Of a DNA stretch of 64,000 bases, positions 12,126 through 25,850 are shown in pieces. Position 1 is the first letter of the stretch. Each line of letters starts with the position of its first letter. This DNA is from the human T2T-CHM13v2.0 reference genome, Homo sapiens, in assembly GCF_009914755.1 (NCBI RefSeq), contig NC_060942.1, one strand, 5' to 3'. The position numbers were made by a program, and so were the translations under genes. The notes beneath the pieces are model-generated. The model had not been told where the DNA came from. It saw only the letters and a program-made list of their open reading frames with translations, and ran no database searches.

Positions 12126-14971
12126 AATAGAACTAACAATTATTATTATTGTGTTATTTTAATAATTATTAGGAATGAACAACTTTCAATATTCCCATGT
12201 GATGATGCAAAATATTTTTTTTCAGGGCAATGAAAAATAGGCAACAAATCCTGAGACATACATATTGTAATCTTGGATCAGATATCTGCCTTTGCAATCT
12301 GTGAACACAAACTGGCAAGCCTGAATTAAGTTTTCAAAAAGTTAAATCTATGGGAGATTTTTTGGCAAGCAGTGCCCAAATCCCTTGGAATAAAAGATTC
12401 ATTTTTGACCACTGGATCTACTATTATGTTAATGCAATCAATACAGTTTGTACTGACCAGAGCAGGCATTTGAGATTGAGTGACCTTGCAATCATTTCCA
12501 AAACATGTACAGGGCACTCCTCTCAGCCTTCTTAATGGCTTTTCAACTGAAAAAGATTCACTGAAGCTGGTTCATGGGAGTTCACTTGGTCTCGACTTGG
12601 AGTTTAACACAACTGGTACCCTCCTGGGGATGAGGAATTAATTCTAATATGTAAGAAGACTAGATAACAATAGATTTCCTATGAATAAACATAAAAATCC
12701 CATTTTATTTTGCTTTTTTATACAACCATGACCCCCTGTCCACCCTTCCCCACACCTACCCACCCACACAGCTCCTTGTCCACTGACTTGCCCTGCACAC
12801 TCTAAGGAGCACGGTTGGAGCCTAAGTGGTACTTCTGCTTGCATTTATACTTCTGGGGATGGCGTGGGACAGGCTCCTCCAAGGGTAAAGCAATGTTGAC
12901 TGCTGGATACATTATATTGTATTTGTGTCCAGGTAGATTTGTCTTTGTTAATTTTTCAGCATTTACATTTTAACATTAAAACCACTGACTTGCTTTTTAT
13001 AGCAGTTTCTGCTTCAGAAAGTGAATCTCTATACATTACCTTGTAATGCTCAGAAACTGTGATTTAAGTACCCAAATTGACAGGTTAAGAACTTACTGGA
13101 AAAAGCTAAGAGCTCTATGGCCAGAGATTGGGACTTAGATAGTCTAAATCCAGATGCACACTTATTCCCTTATCACTTTGCTTCTCAATCTAAGGACTAG
13201 ATTTCAGAACGCTGTAAACAATTTCTTATGTAATCAGTCATTTATTTTTAATCAATGAAACTCTCCACAATACAAATTAAGGAAAATAACAATAATGGTA
13301 ATAATGATAATAATAATGAAAATCGATTTATCCACTTAGTCCCTTGAAAATGTCAACTCCTTGTGGGAAACACTATGATTTAGATGTTTTCTTCTAAGAT
13401 GAGAAGATTTTGCTATCATAGCTATACATTCAATAGTGACACATGACAAATCTGTGTCAGAAAAACAGACAGCATATAATTTTTAAAATAAGCTCATAAA
13501 TAATGATCTTTCTAGGAACACAATTTGGTAATCTTTTATCTTTCTAAGTGGTTTTACAATTCAGGCGAAGTTTGCATATTTTTTTTCTGCTTCTTAAAAA
13601 TCAAGAAAATAAAAGGCCAACTAAATTGCATTTCTTGACTTGTTATTTCATTCAGGGACATATTTTTTTCTTCCCTATTACAATAGATGTTCAAGATGCA
13701 AATTGTCACACTCTGCTTTTAAATAACACCTGCATTATAATTAAAATTCCCCTGTGTTTTTAAAAAATAATTAATTACTTGAGGAGTTGTTTCAGTGAAT
13801 TCTCTTCTAGAATGCCTCCCATTTAAATGAGTTATGAAATAATTAGTGAAAGCATATTATGGTGAGAGAAGCTAGAATGAAGCATTTTGTGAAATGATAA
13901 CCTGACCTTTATGTTCTTACTTAAAAGAACCTGAAAAAAAAAAACCTTAACTGAAGAGAAGGAAGAATAAACCACATTGCCTCAGGTCACTCAAATGTTA
14001 TATAAAGGAAACACCAAGAAAAATGTTTATATTCCTTCTCTCTACAGGAGCAAATATAAGAATTTTGCCTAGAAGGTCAACTTCATCCTGTGCAGCAGTC
14101 TGGAAAATGTATCCCAGGGCCCTTGAATACGCTCAGAATTCTATTTGGGAAGGTTTGGTTACAGTGCAGAGCTTTCCATTTTACATTTATAGAGATATTG
14201 TTTATTTTCAAATGATAAGCAGAAAATTAAATTGCTCTGACTCTGTAATTCTTAATGACTTAATGATCTTCATTTAGCTAAATGTTCCCATTGTTTTGTA
14301 GTTAAAGCATGAGAGAAAGAAAAAATAAGAAATAAATGTGGTCTTATAAGTAACTGTTATATGTTTACTAGTCTTATCATTTTTCTTTAATTTTATTGCT
14401 AAATCAAATTGAGATACAGCCATCACCAATATTTCCCCAACGCCTATTCCATCACACAGCCCCCACACCCTCAACTTAAATAATTGCATTTTAAAGAGTA
14501 GGGTTTTAGTTGCCTCCTTCCTAAGTCAATTAACTCTGCAATAAAATTAAAATACAAATATATTCCTGAAAAATATGCAGAGTGAAAAGACATCTTCTAC
14601 ATTATAAAATTTACAATAGAGAACTTGACAAGGCTTTTTATAGTAGAAACATCAACAAAATAACCTAAAAAAAATTTTCAACCTTTCATTTCCTTTTCTT
14701 TGTTATGAATTCTAATTCATGTGACAATGGAAATAGCTAATTATTCATTCTAAATTTAATCAGTATCTTAAGAGCTCTGTTCTTTTATTCAACTCTTAAG
14801 CTGTCTACAGTTCGATTTTGCTGGTACTGTAATGAAAATGCAAGAGAAACATCTAACACAACTCAGTAATAGTAACCAAAAACTCTTTTGAATTTTAGAA
14901 AACCTTTTTGGAATACAAAAATTTAAGTTTCTTGAAAAACGTCAAGATAAAAAAGATTCAAATCATAGTAA

Positions 14972-15830
14972 TGTGAGAGAAAATAATGTAATATCTGTTC
15001 CTTTACATCACAAGGAAAATATATTACACTGTTAATCTTGTTAATCTTTAACAAAACACAGATTAACAAGAAAAAAGCATAACAAATTTATTTAAACAAA
15101 GTTATACACAAGTAACTTTCAGAAATGAAGACCCAAACCCCTAGGGAAAGCTTTATATTTTTATGCTAAGTCTTATCAGAGAAGTGGAGAATTGTGGAAA
15201 AACATGATTGGACAGAGAGCATAGACAAATGGAAATAAACTGGGGGAACTTGAGTAAGGTCTGATTGTTCAAATAATTGTCTGCACCTCTGTATGATATT
15301 CCTTCCTGTATTAGTCTGTTCTCACACTGCTATAAAGAACTGCCCAAGACTGGGTAGTTTATAAAGGAAAGAGGTTTAATTGACTCACAGTTCTGCAGGG
15401 CTGGGGAAGCCTCAGGAGACTTGTAATCATGGTGGAAAGGGAAGCAAACATATCCTTCTTCACATGGCAGCAGGAAGGAGAAGAATGAGAGAAGTGCAGA
15501 GTGAAGTGGGGGAAAGCCACTCATGAAACCATCAGATCTCATGAGAACTCACTATCATGAGAACAGCATTGGGGAACAACCCCCATGGCTCAATCACCTC
15601 CCACGAGGTCCCTCCCACAACACGTGGGGATTACAATTTGGGTTACAATTCAAGATGAGATTTGGGTGGGGACACAGAAGCAGACCATATCACTTCCCCG
15701 GCTATGGGGCAGGACTCCTGTCACATGAGGGTTTCTTTTATGGACAGCTCTCACATAGAAAGGTGGGAGATAGTCAGAGCGTGACCTCCAAACCACCACA
15801 TTTTGGTGTAGCATGTCCTGCACCCCATCA
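14972..15830 (-). mobile_element. ERV1 (MER4-group, MER67-like) solo LTR, interrupted by THE1
   Basis: cagattaacaagaaaaaagcataacaaatttattt...gaagacccaaa...ctgggggaactt is shared with the two copies at 35672 and 36182. TG...CA ends with near-TSD gtaa/ttaa. Confidence 0.7.
15307..15692 (-). mobile_element. THE1C/D solo LTR
   Basis: tgtattagtctgttctcacactgctataaagaactgccc...gagatttgggtggggacacag...ccatatca with perfect 5-bp TSD CTTCC (15302-15306, 15693-15697). Confidence 0.92.
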
Positions 15831-16298
15831 TTAAGTAGAATAATTGTAGCATTACATTAGATAGCACAGTTATACAATTCTGATGAAATAATGATGGATA
15901 ATAACTTTATGAACCTATTTCTGGTACTGATTTTTGTCCTATTTTTATGTGTATGGTAAAATATATTATTTAGACTCAATAACTGTATACAAACACATTT
16001 GAATTAAGATATTAATATTAGATACAAAGCTTTTCTACAAAGTAAAGAGACATCAAAACCTAGAGTGTGTCCTGGAAGCCAAGTAAATTAATTAGAGGAA
16101 ATCATGGAAAATCTCAGTGTATGGTACTTCAACCATCTTAAACGTCTACTGTCATAAGCAGTATATATAGATGAAAGTAATGAATACAGTTAGTGAACAC
16201 AATTACTTATCTCCCTGTAAAAAGTTATTGTTAACAGTCTTTATATTTATAATCTATATCTGCATACTCTATAATAAGCAGTCTAATACATTGGTCAT

Positions 16299-16637
16299 TG
16301 TATTAGTCCATTTTCACACTGCTGATAAAGACATACCAGAGACTGGGAAGAAAAAGAGGTTTATTACAGTCTACATGGCTGGGGAGGCCTCACAATCATG
16401 GCGGAAGGCAAGGAGGAGCAAGTCACATCTTACATGGATGGTGGCAGGCAAAGAGAGAGCTTGTGCAAGGTAACTCCCCTTTTTAAAACCATCACATCTT
16501 GTGAGAGTTATTCACTACCATGAGAACAGTATGGGAAAGACCTGCCTCCATGATTCAATTACCTCCCACAGGGTCCCTCCCACAACATATGGTAATTCAA
16601 GATTAGATTTTGGTTGGGACACAGTCAAATCATATCA
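16299..16637 (-). mobile_element. THE1B solo LTR
   Basis: tgtattagtccattttcacactgctgataaagacatacc...catatca with perfect 5-bp TSD GTCAT (16294-16298, 16638-16642). Confidence 0.93.
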
Positions 16638-17043
16638 GTCATTATGCCTATCATTGCTAAATTTGCCTATTATTTGGTAGAGGTAAGAGAATAAATCAGA
16701 AAAAGCCATTTGGATTCATGAAAGAGCGAGATAATTTTGACCTAGCAAATCAGTTGTTTTGGACCTTGAATCATGAAGTTAACATAAAACAATAACAATA
16801 AAACAACAATGATAAATATTTCTGATAGAAATTCAATAATCAGAGTAGGTCCCAAATTTCCAAATTTATCTTTTCATTCTATGTTATACTGGGAATGAAC
16901 AAACACAAACCCATGCACACACACACACCTGTGACTCTTAGTGCTCTAGCCCAGAGTTCTTTGGAAGTTTCCTGTTAAAAGACAGAGCCTTAGCCTCAAA
17001 GGTCAAAGCGCTTCCACTGAAAAACCTTGTTTGAAAAATTCCC

Positions 17044-17214
17044 TCTGTAGTCTCAGCTACTCGAGAGGCTGAGGTAGGAGAATGTCGTGCACCCAGGAGG
17101 CAGAGCTTGCAGTGAGCCGAGATAGCGCCACTGCAGTCTGGCCTGGGTGAAAGAGTGAGACTCTGTCTCAAAAAAAAAAAAAAAAAGAAAAAAAAAAAGA
17201 AGAAGGAAAAAAAA
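17044..17214 (+). mobile_element. 5'-truncated AluY-type (right arm only) with a long A-rich tail
   Basis: ctgtagtctcagctactcg...gcagagcttgcagtgagccgagatagcgccactgcagtctggcctggg followed by a ~45 nt A-rich tail. Confidence 0.9.
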
Positions 17215-17452
17215 GAATTTCCACAGCATCTGAGGAGCAGCTTTTAGGTCCACAGAATTTATCACAGGTTCTTAACCAGCGCTTATTGTGAAATGTAACT
17301 CAGGTATCTCTAATTGGGCCAGATGGAGCTATGGAGTTCTAATTTCTGGAGGGCAGTTAAGCCTCAAAGTTTGGTTTCTCAGAGTAGCATGTCTACCTTC
17401 AGAATCCCAATGAGCATGTGTCAGAGAAAAGTCACATTTAAATAGTTTGATA

Positions 17453-17773
17453 GGCTGGGCATGGTGGCTCATGCCTGTAATCCCAACATTTGGGAGGCTG
17501 AGATGGCAGGATTGCTTGAGCCCAGGAATTCAAGATCAGCATGGGCAACATAGTGAGACCACTGTCTCTACAAAAAAATAAAAAATTACCTGGCTATGGT
17601 GGTGCATGCCTGTAGTCCCAGCTACTTGGGAGGCTGAGGCAGAAGGATCACTTGAGCCAGGAGATCAAGGCTGCTGTAAGCTGTGAGTGTGCCACTGCAC
17701 TGCAGTCTGAGTGACAGAGTGAGACCTTATCTCAAAAAAAAAAAAACAAACATTTTTTAAACAAAAATTTAAA
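17453..17773 (+). mobile_element. AluJ
   Basis: ggattgcttgagcccaggaattcaag and aaggctgc are J-type positions. Near-TSD aaatagtttgata / aaatatttgata. Confidence 0.92.
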
Positions 17774-17792
17774 AAATATTTGATAGGTCTCA

Positions 17793-18091
<299 letters not shown>

Positions 18092-18869
18092 GATGGTCAT
18101 ATATGTGGGATATAGTTTGTGTGACAGGATCTGTATTCTATCACATCTGCATATTTCCCGTGATGATCTGTAAAGGAATGAGTTTACACTATTTACATCC
18201 TAACTTAGGTTACCCAGAGATATTTAGATATAAACACAGTACACAGACACATTCACACACCTTTCCATTTAGATGGCTCTTCCTAGATAAGCTTCTGTAT
18301 CTTCAATCTACTGATGAACACCATGGTCATAAAATCTGCTTGTTGATTTATAACTCCTGTTCTTTTCATACACATTTTAAAAATCTGCTTTAAAAAATCA
18401 GTTTCATTGTAACCCTGAGGCTTTATCACCCTTGAAACAGGCTGCTCATCAGGTTCATTTACTAAGATTTTACCTGAAACACTTCACCAACTAGAAACCT
18501 ATTTAAGAAAGTATGTTAAAGATTAATAAAGCCTATATAGCTTCAACATTAAATTTCAGTGCTGGTTGGTTTTATTGGATTGGATTTTTGTGGTCCCTTT
18601 TGCAAAGGAATTCATCTCCAAAGGCTGAAACATGACATAAAAAATAATTAGTATTTCTTTGATGCAGAAGGCACAGGTTCCAGGAGCATCCTTTGAATCC
18701 CACAGTGCATTGGGCACTCCATGAGCCAACCTTGTGGCTATTTTTCTAAAGTTGTTTCCAGTTATGTCCCAGCCCAGGAGTGGCCAGGTTTGGAATATGT
18801 AATTGCAGATAAAATAAATGTTCTCTTCCACCTCAGTATACACATTGTGAATATCTGGGATTTGTTTAT

Positions 18870-19370
18870 TTGTTTTTATTGGGAAATAGTTTATATACCA
18901 TAACATTTACCCTTTAAAAGTATATAATCCAGTCACTATTAGAATATTCATAAAATCGTGCAACCATCACCACTATCTAATTCCATAACATTTTCATCAC
19001 TCCTATCTCCCCTTCTGCTCCTGCTCTGGAAAACACTTATCTACTTCCTGTCTTTGCTATTTAACATAAATGAGATTATCTGATTATCCTGTGGCTTGTT
19101 TTTTCACTTAATGATATATCTTGGGCATCTTCCTATATTTGTTCTTACAGATCAGTTTCATGGTTTTTAATTCCTGCATAATATTTCATGGTTTATGATT
19201 CACATATTGAAAGCTATTCTATTTGTTTCTGAATTTTTGCTTTTGCTAATAATTCATTAATGAATGTTCTTGTATTTAGTAAATGCTCTTCTGTACATAC
19301 CTTTGACAAGTCTTCTTCTTACCTAGTGGTGTAATGACTTAATCAAACGGTATGAACATTTTGATAGAAA
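18870..19370 (-). mobile_element. Old L1M (L1MB/ME) 3' fragments
   Basis: tataccataacatttaccctttaaagtatataatccagt...gcaaccatcaccactatctaattccataacattttcatcac. Confidence 0.7.
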
Positions 19371-19618
19371 CTGGTATATTCAAGAGCATTTTATTAGCCT
19401 GGACCTAAACATTGTAAGCCAGGATTTGTTTTACTGCTATTGACTGAGCATATAGAGCTGGGTTCTTCTTAACTTGTAAATATCATTGAAGCCTACTGCC
19501 TACTCTGATAAGAATAGTGACGAGTTGACACTGTTAATGAATAGCCATAGGCATTTGTCAGAGAGAATCTTATACATGGAAACCTAGAGGAATGCATCTC
19601 ATCCATGTCCTGGGTTTC

Positions 19619-20038
19619 TGACTATGGTTTGGATATTCATCCCCTCCAAACCTCGTGTTGAAATTTGATCCACAAGGTGGGGCCTAATGGGAGGTGTTTG
19701 TGTTATGACAGTGGATTTCTCAGAATGGCTCAGTGCCATCCTCACAGTGATAAATGAGCTCTTGCTTTATTAGTTCCCAGGAGAGCTGGTTGTTAAAAAG
19801 AGCCTGGTGTCTCCTCCCTCTCCCTCTTGTTTCCTCTCTTATCATGTGATGTCTGTACATGCTGGCTTCCCTTCACCTTCTGCCACAAATGGAAGCAGCT
19901 TGAGGCCCTTATCAGAAGTAGATGTTGGCACCATGTTTCTTGCACAGCTTTCAAAACCGAAAGCCAAATGAACGTTTTTTCTTTATAAGCTATCCAACCT
20001 CAGACATTCCTTTATAGTAATACACATAGTCTAAGACA
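19619..20038 (+). mobile_element. MaLR LTR, MSTB-like
   Basis: ctatggtttggatatt...gttgaaatttgatcc...agagctggttgttaaaaagagcctgg...cctttatagtaatacacatagtctaagaca. Confidence 0.85.
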
Positions 20039-20277
20039 ATTTTCCATGTACTGATTTGTGTCTCTTCTGCTGTCTGTAAAAAGAAGTTTCTAGTAGATAT
20101 CACTCCATGAACTATCTTGGGATTCCTCTTAGGTCCAAAATAACAATTTTTCAGGCTCTGTATATAATGTCAGACCCCATAGAGTCACATCAGCATACCA
20201 TAGAAGAATGAGAACTCTTTCTGGTGGCCTAAATGTCTTTTAGCATCTGAGTCCTGCCTATACCTCTAGCCTCATTT

Positions 20278-20605
20278 TCTTTTCTTTTTTTTCTTTTTTT
20301 TTTTTTGAGACAGATCATTGCTCATGTTGCCCAGGCCGGAGTGCAGTGATGTGATCTCAGCTCACTGCAACCTCCGCCTCCCAGGTTCAAGCCAAGTAAT
20401 TCTCCTGCCTCAGCCACCTGAGTATCTGGGATTACAGGCATGTGCTAGCACTCCTGGCTATTTTTTTTTTTTTTTTTTTTGTATTTTTAGTAGAGATGGG
20501 GTCACCATGTTGGCCAGGCTGGTTTTGAACTCCTGACCTCAAGTGATCCTCCTGCCTTGGCCTCCCAAAGTGCTAGGATTACAGGCATAAGCCACTGCAC
20601 CCAGA
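20278..20605 (-). mobile_element. Alu (S/J), antisense
   Basis: Poly-T plus full antisense dimer. Perfect 14-bp TSD ctctagcctcattt (20264-20277, 20606-20619). Confidence 0.95.
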
Positions 20606-20639
20606 CTCTAGCCTCATTTGTAACCAAATCCATACTCAT

Positions 20640-20990
20640 CTCTTCATGTTTTACAGCAATTTGATAAATGTGCATTCTGGTGCCACGGCTTTGCACCCTT
20701 TATTCTATATGCCTTATTCTCTCATACATCATGCTAGCTCTTGCCTTTTCTTCCTCAGACTCAGTTCTTGCAACCCACCTTCAGGAACCTTTAACTGGCC
20801 CCCTAGACTAGGAGAGGCTCCATCTTCTTTGTGCTCACCGTAATCTATCCTTCCCTCTGTCATTGCATGGAGCATATTACACTGTATCTTTACAAGGCTC
20901 CTAGACAAACACGCCTCCTTCCCTGGCCAAAGATCTCATAAAGACACAGACCATGTTACATTTGTCTTAGCTTCCCTAGGCAGTGAGACT
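20640..20990 (+). mobile_element. L2 fragment
   Basis: ggctttgcac...ttcctcagactcagttc...accttcaggaaccttt and ttagcttccctagg resemble a degraded L2 3' region. Confidence 0.45.
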
Positions 20991-21014
20991 CCACAGAACC
21001 TTGCTAGTTGTGTG

Positions 21015-21225
21015 GGGTAACACGGTGGTTAGGGACACAGGCTTCAGAGCTAGTCAGCCTCAGAATCTATCTCTTGGCCATTCACTAGTTCTGCAAACTT
21101 GGGACAACCATGGAAACGTTCTGGGCCTAGTTTTTTCATGTATTAATGGCTATGAGATAGTGTCTATCTTCTATGCTTATTGTGAAGATTACCAAATAAT
21201 GCTGAACAGAGGACCTAAAACATAG
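21015..21225 (+). mobile_element. MIR, 3' end split by the adjacent LTR (resumes ~22166-22182)
   Basis: gtggttagggacacaggcttcagag...ggccattcactagttctgcaaacttgggaca...acatag [LTR] taaaagctcaataagtg. Confidence 0.6.
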
Positions 21226-22161
21226 TGAAGCAGGACGTTTCCCTGACCCCTTCACTGGACTCGCAACAGGGGTTCTTCCTTTACTCAGCCCACTGCTCTC
21301 AACTCCTTGTGGAGGGAGCGTACAAGTGAACAAGTCAGCAACTGGAGTACACAAGTGCTAGAACCAGTCGGCCATTTTGGTGCCGGTAGGATCAAACTCT
21401 AATCACTAGACCTGCTGCACACCCTTCACAGGAGGGAGTGCACAAGCGAGCAGGTACAGGAGCCAGAGCAAGCACTTTTGGGCGCCAGCAGGAGCAAACT
21501 CTATGCAGGCCCCATGGCAGCATCCAGGTGGGGTGCCTGCAATTCCGGAAGGCCCAGAGGGTGTGTTACAGTGCTTTCAGCTCTGCCATCTGCAGACAGC
21601 TTAAGTGTTAGCAGCTCAGTGGGCCCATAGCTACCCTCTGCCAACTAAGGCAAAGAGCCAGTGTGACAGCCTCCTGTATCTGCACTCATGGCTCCCAAGC
21701 TCTTGTCCAGCATCCAGGAAATATAAGGTTGCATGAATAAATTGAAGGATGGTAAATGTGGGGGATTTTATTGCCGATGAAAGTGGCTCTCGGTGGGAAG
21801 AGAAGCTGAAAAGAGTACAGTGTGGGGGAAGGGTAGGTAATCTTCCCTTGAAGTCTGGCCATCTCTGGCTGAATTCTTTTTTGAAGTTATGCCATCAAGC
21901 TGTTCCTCTGAAGTCAAGCCACTTCTCTCCAATCATCCGGCTGCTTCTCCCCTCTGCTGGCTGAGTATGGGGTCTTTACAGGCACATGATGAGATGCGGT
22001 GGGGCCATGGGTGGTTTAGGAAAAGGCAACATTTGAGCAGGAAAACAGGGATATAAGTTCTCCTTTTAGGTGGTGATTTCAGGCTTTTTAGCTTGAGGGT
22101 GAGATTTTGTCAGGGACCGACCCTTTTCTGCCTAGAATTTCTCTGTTCCCTGTCCCCATCA
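21226..22161 (-). mobile_element. ERV1 solo LTR, LTR1/LTR28/MER52 group
   Basis: TG...CA ends with near-TSD atag/atgg. The minus strand starts tgatggggacagggaacagagaaattctaggcagaaaaggg. Visibly related to the LTRs at 3158 and 30412. Confidence 0.8.
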
Positions 22162-24414
22162 ATGGTAAAAGCTCAATAAGTGAGGCTTTATGAAAAACAG
22201 AAAATCAGGGTAGTATTAAAGATTCCCCAGGTACCTTGCAGCAAATAGGAAGAGAGAATCCCCATGAAGAAGGCTTTTTCTATGTGGGGACACATATCCT
22301 GTGTCTTTGCTGCTCTATGAGTATTGGCCTGTTTCCCATGCAAAGTTTGTTCTTCCCCATCTAGGTGGGCCCTCTGCAAACATACGAGATTATATTTATC
22401 TTTTTAAAGTTCTTAGCACCAATATTGTAGGATCAATACTTCTGCCTGAAGTAAATAGGATCAATCAAATAATGACTGTGCTAGAAAGTAGTTGGATAAT
22501 ACTCAGGGTTCATGATTTTTTTATTTGATGATATTGAAACACATCTCTTTAACCTCACTTAGCAAAAGTCAGAAGTAAAGTTTGTCATGGCTTTGAAGAA
22601 CTTTCTATGGGTCAGCAAACCTTGGGACAATTTCACTACATTCTAGGAAGGCATGTAAACTACCTATTGGCCAGCTACTCCAGGCAGCCTTTAACATATC
22701 ACAAAAGTAAATGGTCATTACAGACATAAAAATAATGGGGTCAAGAGACTCATGCTTATTATGACTTGAATTAACAACTATGTTTTCACACAAATCTTCA
22801 TTATTTATAACTGGCTTAGACAATTATCCCTCCTTTTACGCTTGTTGGTTTCTTGTGTTCAAAAACTGCAAGCAGTTACTTTATTTTGCCCGAAGGTCTA
22901 AATTTGTTTCTTCCAACACTAAGCCATTTTTCCCAAGTCTTATTTTTCCCTTGAATTTGTGTAAATACCTGTAGTACAAACGTTTCACTTTAAAACAGGG
23001 CTTTTTAAAAGCCGTTTTTCTAGGAAATATTTTAATAATCAGCATTATTTATGTTGCCTGTGTAGTTATGTAAATAATTTCAGCCTTTCCTCACAAACAA
23101 CTCTTATAACTTAACATGCCTTCAGAAAATGTGAATAAGATTACCAGATAATGCCTCCCCAGTAAGCATGTTAGCACTTCAGGAAGAAAATGTGAGTGCT
23201 GAGTTGAGAATGTGTGTTAGGCACAATGACAATAACAAGGAGGATTACAAATGAAATAGCGCTACAAATAGCACCACAGTTTGGAGGAGGAAAGCAATTT
23301 GGTGAAGTGAAAGATGTTAAATGTTTTAATTTTCTTCTATGCCAGTAAAATCTTGTAAAACAAGGTGACATATTAAATTTTCTATACTACAGTCTCTCCA
23401 AGAGCCTGTCAACATTTTCATTGTAAACTCTATTTTCAGAGCTTTATAACTCAGCATTAAGAATTCACTCTGGCTTGACATTTAGAGTGTAAGGTCTTAC
23501 CTGGGGAACATGTGTTTCATATGTTTTAAAAATTACGAGTTTATCCATTTCTCAGTTTATAATGAGTAAACTTTTCACACTTTTTCCCTTGTCTGCTGTG
23601 CCTCAGAAATTGCAGGGAGAAGGCTTACCTATGGTAAATCGCCAATGGGGGAAGAATCTACAGATGTGGTCAACACAGGTCAGGGCTGCTGATTTTCATT
23701 ACTGAAACTCACAAAGAGCTTCTGTAGAAAGCAAAGAGCTCTGCTATGCTGCCCTCAACATTTCAGACTAGACTTTGTGCTATCCAAGGGGTATATTTTA
23801 CCACGACAAAAACCTGACTGATTGCAGAATTCTTAGTCCCCTGTCTGTTTATTTCAACATTTGTATTATGTTGTGTCTGGCATAAGACCTTTTTCTAAAG
23901 CTTTACAACATACACCCTAATCTTGCTTCTTTGTTTTTAAGTCTTCTTTGCATGTGTTTGTGTGCATGTGTGTGTGTGCATGTGGTTTATTTTCCACCTT
24001 TCTGTCATTATTTAGCATAGGGAGGTTTTCAGTCAATATTATTCAGTAATACGGCTACCCTCTTTATACCTTGAAATACCTACAGTTTAATCTCTGGAAG
24101 AATTAGTTTTTAGAAAGTTAGAATTAGAAAAGGGTGAGGGAGAAATAAACAAGGAAGCAACAGAAGAGAAAAATATCTGTGGCCATTTGATATCAGACCT
24201 TAAAATGTCTTGAGGACTGAGTAACTACCATGGCTTCCCAAAAGGATCATATGTGGGTTGTCTAGGAAAAAAATGGAATTCCTTCAATAAAATACATGGT
24301 AGCAAGTCTTCAGTTCTAGGTTATTTCAGGAGAATCCTAGAAAATCATCACTTCCTGATATGTATTGAGAATTATTTCACTCCCACCTAATTGCATTGTA
24401 TTTTACATGGCTGA

Positions 24415-25162
24415 CAAATTATCTTCCAAAGTGGATATACCATTTTGCATTTCCACTAGCAATTAATGACAGTTTGTTGCTCCACATAACCTTCATCATT
24501 TGATGTCAGTGTTCTGACTTTTGGGCATTCTAATTAGACGCATAGTGGTATTTCACTGTTATTTTAATTTATCACTTCCTAATGACATATGATATAGAAT
24601 ATCTTTTCATATGCTTATTTGCCACCAGTGTGTCTTCTTTGGTCAGATATATGTGCAGGTCTTTTACCTGTTTTAAAATTGAATTATTCATTTTTTTCTG
24701 AGTGTTAACAATTTTTGTATATTTGGTTTGAGAGTCCTTTATCAGATACGTCTTCTGTAAATATTTTCTCCTGTTCTGGAGCTTGTGTCTTCATTCTCTT
24801 GATGGCATCCTTCATGGAGCAGAAGTTTTTAATTTTAATGCAATTCAGTCTATCAATTATTTCTTTCAAGGATCATGCCTTTACATATTGTTGTATCTCA
24901 AAAGTTGTCTAAAAGCCATCTCTATACCCAAGATCATTTAGACTTTCTTCTATGTTTTCTTCTAGTTTTATAGTTTCATATTTTACATTTACATCTGTGA
25001 TTCATTTTGAGTTAAGTTTGTGAAGTATGTAAGGTCTGTGTCTAGATTATTTTTCTTTTGCATGATGATGTCCAGTTGTTTCAGCATCAATTGTTGAATA
25101 AAACTGTCTTTCACCATAATACTGTCTTTGTTCCTTTATCAAAAACCAGTTGGCTATATTTT
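24415..25162 (-). mobile_element. L1M (L1MC/MB-like) ORF2-end fragment
   Basis: tcttccaaagtggatataccattttgcatttccactagcaa...gagcagaagtttttaattttaatg...gatgtccagttgtttcagcatc. Confidence 0.82.
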
Positions 25163-25194
25163 CAAAACATTTTTAGTGTGTTTATTTCTTTCCA

Positions 25195-25850
25195 TGTCTA
25201 TTAACACCATCCAAACAGAAACTGCCATCATCTCTTGCCTGCTTCTCCTAAAACAGTCTATTAATTAGTTGACAATATATTTCATACACAGAGGAGAGTT
25301 GTCTTTTAAAGCATTTGAAGTTGGTGGATGATTTTCCACTGCTTTTAGGATCAAATATAAACCTTTAGTGAAATATAAAGCCCTGTGGAATCTGGCTTCC
25401 TCCTGCCATCCCTTCTCTCTCTTTTCCTCTCCTTCCTCCCCAGCCAACTTCATTTCTGCCAATTTCTTCATAATGCTCCAGCCATATTTTTTTTTCACTT
25501 CCTTGAGCATGTCTCACTTCCTCCCACATCAAGTCTTGGACTATGGAGTAATTTCGTGGAAATCCTAAACGCAGCTGCCTTTGGTTTAGCTCATTGCTCT
25601 GTTCATTCTTTAAAGCTGTTTTGCTGTTTCTTTCTCTGAGCTATCTGTTGAGTGTTTAGGTATCACTGCTAACTACTATCGCATACCATGCCCTCAATGT
25701 CCTTCATAACAATTGCCAATTATAATTTCATTATTATTTGTTTAGCACATGCCTTCCTCACTAGAGTGAAGGCTTCCTGAGAGCAGTCAGAATCATATCT
25801 GTCATCTTTGCTGTTGTATTCACAGTGGGCACAGTATTATAGTGTCTGAA
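25195..25850 (+). mobile_element. L2 fragment
   Basis: ccatcatctcttgcctg, ttccactgcttttaggatcaaatataaacc, cactagagtgaaggcttcctgagagcag and ttgctgttgtattcacagtg. Confidence 0.6.
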
